Shown here: piece after piece, positions 25,834 to 33,900 of the stretch
How positions within the stretch are numbered: the first letter of the stretch is position 1
Layout of the letters: every line of letters starts with the position of its first letter
NCBI GenBank assembly: GCA_964538595.1
Contig: CAZIGO010000001.1
Coordinates: 1 to 36,128 of the forward strand
Reading direction: 5' to 3'
DNA: 36,128 nucleotides
Source of the DNA: an uncultured Chitinophagales bacterium
GTDB taxonomy: Bacteria > Bacteroidota > Bacteroidia > Chitinophagales > CAZIGO01
Made by a program: the position numbers and the translations under genes
The notes under the pieces: generated by a model
The model's input: the letters and a program-made list of their open reading frames with translations, nothing else
Databases searched by the model: none
What the model was told of the DNA's origin: nothing

Positions 25834-27117
25834 TTGAGTACAAAGTTTAAAAAGGGGCGGGAATATGCCCGTCAACAAGACGAGGCTGACCCACTAAAGC
25901 AGTACCGCCAACAGTTTTATATACCCCAACAAGATGGTCAACCTCGTATTTACTTTTGTGGTAACTCCCTGGGATTACAGCCCAAAAATGTCAATGATCA
26001 TATCCAACAAGAACTCACCGATTGGCAAACATTGGGGGTAGAAGGACATTTTAATGCTAAAAACCCTTGGTTTTACTACCATCACTACTTTACTGGCTCT
26101 GTAAGCCAGATCGTAGGAGCCAAAAAAGAAGAAGTGGTAGTAATGAACTCCCTGACCACTAACCTCCACTTGCTCATGGTTTCTTTTTATCAACCCGCCG
26201 GACGCCGGCATAAAATTCTCATCGAGGAACAAGCGTTCCCTTCTGATCACTATGCCGTAGAAAGCCAATTACAGTATCACGGTTATGATCCTGAACAAGC
26301 TCTTATCGAAGTCGGCCCTCGGGAGGGGGAGAAGATAACCCGAGACGACGACATTTTGGAAGCCATTGAAATGCATCAAGATGAGCTTGCTCTTATTCTT
26401 ATCGGAGGCGTAAACTATTATACCGGTCAAGTTTTTGACATGGCAAGCATAACCACTGCCGGTCATAAGGCAGGGGCATTTGTCGGCTTCGACCTGGCCC
26501 ATGCCGTAGGGAACATTCCTCTTCACCTGCACGAGTGGGAAGTTGATTTTGCCGCTTGGTGTACTTACAAATATCTTAATTCTGGACCAGGAGCGCCCGG
26601 AGGAGCTTTTGTTCATGAAAAACACGCCAACAACCCGGACTTACTCCGGTTTGCCGGTTGGTGGGGATATGAAGAATCTACCCGTTTTGAAATGAAAAAA
26701 GGTTTTGTTCCCCAACGCGGGGCAGCAGGTTGGCAATTAAGTAATGCTCCCATTTTAGGCATGGCTGCCCATAAGGCTGCCCTCCAGCACTTCGACAATG
26801 CAGGTATGAGGTCCTTGAGAAAAAAGAGCAAACAACTCACCGGCTACCTGCTCAAGTTACTGCAAGAGCTTGCCGAACAATATAAACACCTACAAATTAT
26901 CACCCCTACAGCTGAGGAAAGTCATGGATGCCAAGTATCACTTATCATAAAAAAGGAGGGTAAAAAGATTTACGACAAACTTACCGAAGATGGTATTGTT
27001 TTGGATTGGCGCGAACCTGAAGTTTTACGCTTAGCTCCCGTCCCCTTATACAATACCTTTGAAGAGGTCTATGAATTTTGCCAGTGTTTACGTCATCAAC
27101 TACAAAAATTTACCTGA
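25834..27117 (+). CDS. kynU: Kynureninase (PLP-dependent)
   Basis: DPLKQYRQQFYIP, FCGNSLGLQPK, WQTLGVEGHF, FPSDHYAVESQ, DLAHAVGN and CTYKYLNSGPG (PLP Lys) are typical kynureninase blocks. The ORF has no ATG near the 5' end. The track start TTG 25762 overlaps ACMSD by 67 nt. The in-frame TTG 25834, 6 nt after the ACMSD stop, gives a normal-length N-terminus (427 aa). Confidence 0.92.
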   Translation: MSTKFKKGREYARQQDEADPLKQYRQQFYIPQQDGQPRIYFCGNSLGLQPKNVNDHIQQELTDWQTLGVEGHFNAKNPWFYYHHYFTGSVSQIVGAKKEEVVVMNSLTTNLHLLMVSFYQPAGRRHKILIEEQAFPSDHYAVESQLQYHGYDPEQALIEVGPREGEKITRDDDILEAIEMHQDELALILIGGVNYYTGQVFDMASITTAGHKAGAFVGFDLAHAVGNIPLHLHEWEVDFAAWCTYKYLNSGPGAPGGAFVHEKHANNPDLLRFAGWWGYEESTRFEMKKGFVPQRGAAGWQLSNAPILGMAAHKAALQHFDNAGMRSLRKKSKQLTGYLLKLLQELAEQYKHLQIITPTAEESHGCQVSLIIKKEGKKIYDKLTEDGIVLDWREPEVLRLAPVPLYNTFEEVYEFCQCLRHQLQKFT

Positions 27118-27186
27118 TGCTTAAGAAAGACAAAATAGCTCTCCGTCATTAATTCCCAGGTAAACACCAGAAAACAAATTACTTTC

Positions 27187-27636
27187 TCACTTTTTATTCT
27201 TTTCTTTTTTAGGAACCAATACCATTTGCATGTCTCCCATTTGAGTTGATTTGGTAATAACAAATTTTTCCGCGCTCACTTCTTTAATATTTACCTTTTC
27301 TTCTTCATCACCGCCATGCTGTTTCGTAAACAATTGAGTGCCATCTTCATTTAAACGCCAAGTCCCTTTTTCTTTACGAGCTAATGATTTTATTTCATAC
27401 TTCCCGTTTGATTTAAAATGATAATAGGCGCTTTGTTTAATTTTTTTCATCAGCATATTCATCTTTTTCTTCTCTCGCTCTGACATATCTCGATCTATAC
27501 TAATTTCCTTCACCCCCCATTTATTGGCGATCATATCTTTCTTACTGGCGCCGGAGCAAGCCCAGAAAGAGTTCATGATCAAGCCCAACATCACAACAAA
27601 AAATAATTGATTTAATTGAAGATATCTTTTATCCAT
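27187..27636 (-). CDS. Hypothetical small lipoprotein (possibly a lipocalin-like fold)
   Basis: The signal peptide ends in a possible lipobox (SFWAC-SG). The mature ~120 aa are beta-rich and K/E-rich (KWGVKEISIDRD, YYHFKSNGKYEI, GTWRLNEDGTQLF, KFVITKS). I recognise no firm family. Confidence 0.45.
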   Translation of the reverse strand: MDKRYLQLNQLFFVVMLGLIMNSFWACSGASKKDMIANKWGVKEISIDRDMSEREKKKMNMLMKKIKQSAYYHFKSNGKYEIKSLARKEKGTWRLNEDGTQLFTKQHGGDEEEKVNIKEVSAEKFVITKSTQMGDMQMVLVPKKEKNKK

Positions 27637-27671
27637 AATTACTCTATTTTAAATGGTATGCAAAAAAGGGT

Positions 27672-28451
27672 TTATTTTCCTTTAAAATCAGGTTTGCGTT
27701 TTTCTACAAAAGCATTGACGCCTTCCTTATAGTCTTCTGTTCGGCCAGCGATCTCCTGGCAATAAGCCTCGTACTCTAGCATTTCTTTTAAATCTGCATT
27801 AAATGATTTATTTAACTGTTTTTTAATCAACCCTATAGCTTTAGTAGGGGCTTTGGCAAAATAGTCGGTCCATTGTTCTACCGCATTATCGAGTTTGTCA
27901 GGAGCTACTACTTTATTAATAAGTCCCAACTCTTCCGCTTCGGTAGCCGACACCTCTGAACCCAAGGTGGCCAATTCAAATGCTTTTTTCATACCTATTA
28001 ATCGAGGCAGAAAGTAAGAAGAACCCGAGTCTAATGCCAATCCTACATTAACAAATACCTCAATGAGCTTTGCCTCTTCTGACGCAACTACCATATCACA
28101 AGCCAATGCTAATGAACAGCCGGCCCCAGCAGCTACGCCATTCAGACGTCCGATGATGGGTTTCGGTAACTTTCGCATATTTTTTATGATCGGGTTATAA
28201 CGTTTGTACAATGAATCTGCTAAACTACGATCTTCCTGATCAGCTATATCCTTCAGATCCTGTCCTGCACTAAAAGCCTTGCCTTCTCCCGTTACCACTA
28301 CAGCCCGGATATTATCATCTTTTTTACAAGTTTTCAATGATTTTTGAAAAGCCTGGCTTAGCTCCTCATTAAAAGCATTAAAGGAATCGGGGCGATTAAG
28401 GGTTATTGTGGCCACATTATCCGATTGATCAAATTTTAACACTTCCGACAT
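27672..28451 (-). CDS. Enoyl-CoA hydratase/isomerase (crotonase) family protein, PaaG-like
   Basis: ITLNRPDSFNAF, AVVVTGEGKAFSAGQDL, PKPIIGRLNGVAAGAGCSLALACD, and the C-terminal DYKEGVNAFVEKRKPDFKG. It is colinear with remembered E. coli PaaG over its whole length. Confidence 0.82.
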   Translation of the reverse strand: MSEVLKFDQSDNVATITLNRPDSFNAFNEELSQAFQKSLKTCKKDDNIRAVVVTGEGKAFSAGQDLKDIADQEDRSLADSLYKRYNPIIKNMRKLPKPIIGRLNGVAAGAGCSLALACDMVVASEEAKLIEVFVNVGLALDSGSSYFLPRLIGMKKAFELATLGSEVSATEAEELGLINKVVAPDKLDNAVEQWTDYFAKAPTKAIGLIKKQLNKSFNADLKEMLEYEAYCQEIAGRTEDYKEGVNAFVEKRKPDFKGK

Positions 28452-28557
28452 AATATTAATTTTTTAATAACCAAAAGAGTGGCAACTAATTTAATAAAAA
28501 GCCATAAACTTAGCGAAAGTGAATCAGAGGGAATTCCTATAACTGGTGTCAATTTTA

Positions 28558-28565
28558 TATCTTTG
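28558..28565 (+). promoter_or_regulatory. Candidate -7 promoter box TATCTTTG for the macro-domain gene cluster
   Basis: Exact TAnnTTTG match 19 nt before ATG 28585. I found no clear -33 TTG at canonical spacing. Confidence 0.35.
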
Positions 28566-28584
28566 ATAACAAAAATAGAGGAGT

Positions 28585-29097
28585 ATGGAAGAATTACATA
28601 TAGTCAAAGGTGATATCACAGATCAATCGACCGATGCCATTGTAAATGCAGCGAATAAAAGCTTACAAGGAGGGGGAGGTGTTGACGGAGCTATTCATAA
28701 AGCGGCAGGCCCTCAACTGCTGGAAGAGTGCAAGGAAATAGGAGGATGCCCGACGGGCGAAGCCCGCATTACCAAGGGTTATAAATTACCGGCAAATCAT
28801 GTCATCCATACGGTAGGACCGGTTTGGAATGGCGGCGATAATGGGGAAGACGATTTGTTAACTCAATGTTATCGGAATTCATTAAAATTAGCCCGTGAGA
28901 ATCAAATTAAAACAATCGCATTTCCCTCCATCAGTACGGGCGCCTACCGTTTTCCCTTGGAGCGAGCTACCCGCATAGCCATTAATACCGTTACAGAAGA
29001 ATTATCTCAACATCATTTACCCCAAGAAGTTACTTTTGTCTGCTTCGATGATAAAACATATAGTACGTATCAGAAACTGCTTGATGAGCTTGCCTGA
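28585..29097 (+). CDS. Macro-domain protein (O-acetyl-ADP-ribose deacetylase / ADP-ribose-1''-phosphatase, YmdB-like)
   Basis: GDITDQSTDAIVNAANKSLQGGGGVDGAIH, IHTVGPVW and AFPSISTGAYRFP are canonical macro-domain ADP-ribose-binding motifs. 170 aa. Confidence 0.88.
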   Translation: MEELHIVKGDITDQSTDAIVNAANKSLQGGGGVDGAIHKAAGPQLLEECKEIGGCPTGEARITKGYKLPANHVIHTVGPVWNGGDNGEDDLLTQCYRNSLKLARENQIKTIAFPSISTGAYRFPLERATRIAINTVTEELSQHHLPQEVTFVCFDDKTYSTYQKLLDELA

Positions 29098-29163
29098 TAC
29101 CCGAGAGTCAAAGGTCACTTCCCCCACTTATCTTTTTAAAACGGTAGTAACTTATGTAGTGAT

Positions 29164-30024
29164 ATGCCTTGGTTCCTAATAGCATTAGGGTCAGCTATAT
29201 CGAGCTCATTAAAAGATCTGGTTAGTAAGCAAACCCTCCCCCGTCTTGACGAATATATAGTAGTTTGGGCGCTTCGCTTCTACTCACTACCTGTTTTAGC
29301 TCCCTTGCTCTTCTTTATTCCCTGGCCGACGACGGGATGGTTTTACTGGTCCGTATTGACGGTCACGGTATTTCTAAAAACCTTTATTATCATCTTATAT
29401 ATGCGTGCTATTAAACTTTCTGATCTTTCGCTGGTGGCCCCGTTAGTTACCTCCACTCCTTTGTTTCTGCTTATCACTTCGCCGATAATGGTTAATGAAT
29501 TTCCCCAACCGATTGGTTTAGTCGGTGTAGTTTTTATTGTGATCGGAGCATATATGCTCAACGTAAGGCTCCGACGGGAGAGTGTTATCCGACCTTTAAA
29601 GGCCCTGTGGAGAGATAAAGGAGCTCGCCTTATGCTTATCGTTGCCTTTTTATGGAGCATTACCTCTAATATTGATAAAATCGGTATACAGGCTTCTTCT
29701 GCAATGTATTGGTCGGTCACCACTAATATAGGCTGTACTATTGTTATGTTTCCAATCATGTACTGGAAAGCCAAGCAGCCCCTGAATATCAACCTACTCA
29801 CCAATAGAAGCCTCTTCTTAATAGGGTTCTTTACCGCTTTTTCCAACTTATTTCATATGATTGCTCTTAAATTTGCCCTCGTAGCTTATGTTATATCGGT
29901 GAAACGATTAAGTGCTGTATTTAATGTATGTTATGGGTATTTTATTTTTGGAGAACGTCAGTTTACCGCTCGTTTGGTCGGCTCTGTTATTATGATAATC
30001 GGTGCGATATTACTAACTTTTTAA
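29164..30024 (+). CDS. EamA-family (DMT superfamily) transporter
   Basis: 286 aa with about 10 hydrophobic helices arranged as two 5-TM halves. Each half ends in a Gly-rich segment (GVVFIVIGAYML and GSVIMIIGAILL). Confidence 0.72.
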   Translation: MPWFLIALGSAISSSLKDLVSKQTLPRLDEYIVVWALRFYSLPVLAPLLFFIPWPTTGWFYWSVLTVTVFLKTFIIILYMRAIKLSDLSLVAPLVTSTPLFLLITSPIMVNEFPQPIGLVGVVFIVIGAYMLNVRLRRESVIRPLKALWRDKGARLMLIVAFLWSITSNIDKIGIQASSAMYWSVTTNIGCTIVMFPIMYWKAKQPLNINLLTNRSLFLIGFFTAFSNLFHMIALKFALVAYVISVKRLSAVFNVCYGYFIFGERQFTARLVGSVIMIIGAILLTF

Positions 30025-30043
30025 TGCAAAATTTTAACCTGTT

Positions 30044-30319
30044 ATGGCACAACAACATTGGAATATTACCATTCACGGACGAGTACAAGGCGTCTTCTTT
30101 CGGGCCAGCACCCGGGAAGCTGCCCAGTCCATGGGGGTCAAAGGATTTGTTCGCAATGAACCCGATGGCACTGTGTATATTGAAGCAGAAGCCGATTCAT
30201 CGACGTTGGAAAAATTCAAGGACTGGTGTCATGAAGGCTCTCCCCAGGCACGAGTTGATAAAGTGGAAGCGGAAGAAGGGACACTAAAGAACTATGAGCA
30301 ATTTTCCATTCAATACTAA
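30044..30319 (+). CDS. acyP: Acylphosphatase
   Basis: 91 aa with the signature ITIHGRVQGVFFRASTREAA, then GVKGFVRNEPDGTVYIE and GSPQARV. Confidence 0.9.
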   Translation: MAQQHWNITIHGRVQGVFFRASTREAAQSMGVKGFVRNEPDGTVYIEAEADSSTLEKFKDWCHEGSPQARVDKVEAEEGTLKNYEQFSIQY

Positions 30320-30325
30320 ATTTAA

Positions 30326-30910
30326 ATGGCAAGCAAAAATAAACGGCTTTTTCTCTCCATTCCCCTGCCTTCAGAGCAAGCTCAAGCCATTAAAAGTTGT
30401 ATTCCCAAATACAAGAACGCTTTTTCTCAAAACAAGGCTTCTATCAAAAAGCTACGATGGATGCCCCGAGAAAACTGGCATATTACCCTTTACTTTATTG
30501 GCAAAACAGGATCAGCCGCGCTGCCCTTATTACAACGAAAACTCACCGCACTTTTTACGGGGCAAATTACTTTTAAGTTGCGGTTTAAATCAATCTGCTA
30601 TGCCCCTCCTAAAGGAAAAAAACGGATGATCTGGGCCAAATTTGATACTCCCTCCGAATTTGCGCAATTAGTGTACGCCATCTATGAAGAGTTGGTAGAA
30701 GATTTTGGGGTGCAACCTCCTCATAAAAAAATTATTCCTCACGCTACGCTGGCCCGTTTTAAAAAAATACCTCGCTCTTACTTACCCGATCTTATCCAGC
30801 CCAGTATTACTCAAAAAATAAAGGTGCAGCATTGTGAGCTATGGGAATCTCAGCTGTCTTCAAAAGGACCCACTTACCATTCGCTGGCTCGTTTCCCTTT
30901 TAATGAATAG
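30326..30910 (+). CDS. thpR: RNA 2',3'-cyclic phosphodiesterase (2H phosphoesterase, ThpR/LigT family)
   Basis: It has two HxT/S motifs at the expected spacing (NWHITLYFIG and IPHATLARF). 194 aa, starting 6 nt after acyP. Confidence 0.85.
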   Translation: MASKNKRLFLSIPLPSEQAQAIKSCIPKYKNAFSQNKASIKKLRWMPRENWHITLYFIGKTGSAALPLLQRKLTALFTGQITFKLRFKSICYAPPKGKKRMIWAKFDTPSEFAQLVYAIYEELVEDFGVQPPHKKIIPHATLARFKKIPRSYLPDLIQPSITQKIKVQHCELWESQLSSKGPTYHSLARFPFNE

Positions 30911-30947
30911 AAAATAAAGCAATCCCTTCTTGTATCTTTTACCTCAA

Positions 30948-33900
30948 CTAATCTAACAATTGCAATTTCTTAATTTGGGGTTGCCCTTCTTGCCTCTTTA
31001 ATTTGATAAAATACAATCCTTTACTAACAGAAGGCTGCCATTGTAAAGTATGTTGACCAGCTTTTTGATTTTGCGATCTGATAACCTGTACTTCTTGCCC
31101 CACCACATCATACACAATAATTTCCACGTTTGATGATTGGGGGAGGCCATATTCTATATTGACTGTCGATCGAGCAGGGTTAGGATACACCTCAAACCGA
31201 AGATCTTCTTGATCATAATCTGCCCAGCCTGAAAATTCATCGACCGCAACAGAATCACAGAACATAGCTTGACATCCCGCCGTATCCCTAATTGTCAGAC
31301 AGACTTGATAAGTATCTGCACTGGAATAGGTGTGAGTAGGCTGTCGGACAGAATCGGTGGCTCCATCACCAAGGTTCCACCTCCAATCTTGGACGTTGCT
31401 ATTGGACTGTCCCTTAAAGCTAACCGTCAAACCAGAATCTTGCACCGTATACGAAGCTGTACAACTCAACCGACTAACAGATATAAGTTGACAAGCACTA
31501 TCGACACAGACAATACTGCCTGTAGAATCAGTAACTCGCACTTGCTGACAAACTTGATAGGTGCCTCCACTATCATAGTTGTGAACCGGGTGTTGTTGCG
31601 TAGAAGTATCGCCATCCCCGAACTGCCAATACCAACTTGTGACATTAGCACTGCTCGTATCAGTGAATGTAACTGTCAAGGATGAATCTTGATGATCAAA
31701 GCCAGCTCTACACATTACACCACCTCCACAATTTATAAAGAGCGACTTAACAATAGTGTCCTGGCAACCTGTTGTCGTATCTGTGGTCATCAAACGAACG
31801 GTATAGTTACCACTGCTGTCATAGGTATGGACAGGATTTTGAGCGAAGGTATCCGTCATATCTCCAAATTGCCAATACCATTTATCCGCATTAACACTGG
31901 AATCAACAAAAGTGGCTTCACAACCACTAGTACTATAGCTAAAACGAGCCTGGCAAGTAGCCGGTGTGTCTTTTATTACAGTAACTTGTTGACAGGTCGA
32001 ATCACAGAAATTGCCCAGGGAGTCAAACACTGTTAAACACACCCCATAGGTGCCCGAACTATCGAAGTTATGAAGCGGTGAGGATTGAGTGGAAGTATCC
32101 CCATCACCAAATTGCCAATACCACCCCATAATATCTCCACTTGATTGATCCGTGAAATCAACTTGTAATGAGGAATCTTTATAGGTAAAATCTGCATTAC
32201 AGGAATATCCGGGGGCACAATAAAGGGTTATATTCTGTCGGATGCTGTCCCAACAACCCGTTGTAGTATCCTCTACAGTGAGGACCACGTTATAACTCCC
32301 TTCCTCACTATAAGTATGGGTGGGATTTTGTAAATAAGAACTGTCGTTATCACCGAATGCCCATGTCCAGGCATTGACTCCGCCGCTAGAAGAATCAGCG
32401 AAATTTATACTGCATTGGGTAGAGTCTTTAGTATACCCAAAATCAGCCTGGCAGGAAGTATCGACAATAGTAATAGCTTTGCATAATGAATCACAGAATG
32501 TACCAGTGGAATCATAAGTAGTGAGACAAACTTGATAAGTGCCTTCTTTGTCATAAGAATGGACCGGGTTGGCTTCATGCATTGTATCACCATCACCGAA
32601 CTGCCATAACCATCCTGCCACATCACCATTGGATTGATCGGTGAAGTCAACCTGCAATGATTTTGCGGTGTAGCTAAAATCTGCCGCACAGCTATAACAG
32701 GTCATATCAACGGATTTAGTAGTACTGTCTCGACACCCGGTACTGGTATCCCGAACCATCAACTGCACCGAGTAAGTGCCTTCGGTACTATAAGTATGAG
32801 AAGGACTGGTCAAGGTTGTACTATCGCCATCCCCAAAGGACCAATTCCAATTAGTGACTCCACCAGTGGATTGATCTGTAAAATCTACTTTACATTGGGA
32901 AGAATCCATCACATAAGAGAAGTTCGCTTCACAGGTAGAGTCCACTACTGTTACCGATTGACATATAGAATCACAAAACTGGCCACTAGAATCATATACT
33001 GTAAGACAAACTTTATAAGTCCCCTTATAGTCGTAGTTATGAACCGGGTTAGCTAAGGTAGAAGTATCTCCATCTCCAAAGGACCAGTACCAACTGGCTC
33101 CATCCCCCGTCGATTGATTAGTAAAATCTACAGTAAGTATTGAATCCGCATAGGTAAAATCCCCTGTACATTGGGAAGCTGTATCACATTTTGCAATCAC
33201 CATTTGGGTGCCCGTATCTACACAAGCTGTCGTCGTATCCTCAATAGCCAATTGGACACTATATGTATCTGGAGCGGCGTAGTTATGAGTAGGATTATAA
33301 GCCTTTTCTGTTACCCCATCTCCATACCACCAGGTCCAGTGGTCGGGGTCGCCGGAAGACGTATCAGTAAAGGAAACCGCACAGTTGGAAGTATCGCGAG
33401 CATATGTAAAGCCTGCCTGACAAGATGGAGCGGTTATACTGATAGATTGACAGACAGAATCACAGAACGCGCCGGTAGAATCAAAGGTGGTTAAGCATAC
33501 CAAATAAGAGCCGGCTGTATCATAGGTATGGTCAGGATTTTTGATTTTTGTTGAATCCCCGTCACCAAAGGTCCACAGCCAAGTACTATCATCCCCGGAA
33601 GTAGTGTTGGTAAAGTCAGCCACATAACCAGTATCCGAGGCAGTAAAAGTGGCATTACAAGTAGGACATTTCACATTTACCGACCGGGTAGTAGTATCCG
33701 TACACCCGTTGGAGCTGTTTTTAATGGCTAATTGCACATTATAAGTATCGGGAACCGCATAAGAATGACTCGGGTTCTGAGCCGAGGAAGTATCCCCATC
33801 GCCAAACCACCAGGTCCATTTATCCGGGGAGCCCTTTGAAGAATCGCTGAACATCACTTCGCAATTACTGGTATTTACATCAGCACCGAACTTAGCCTCA

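Noticed and set aside
30294-30629. 111-aa ORF overlapping the acyP end and the thpR 5' half in another frame
   Set aside because: The thpR frame carries both HxT motifs and abuts acyP with a 6-nt gap. The overlapping frame has no recognisable features.
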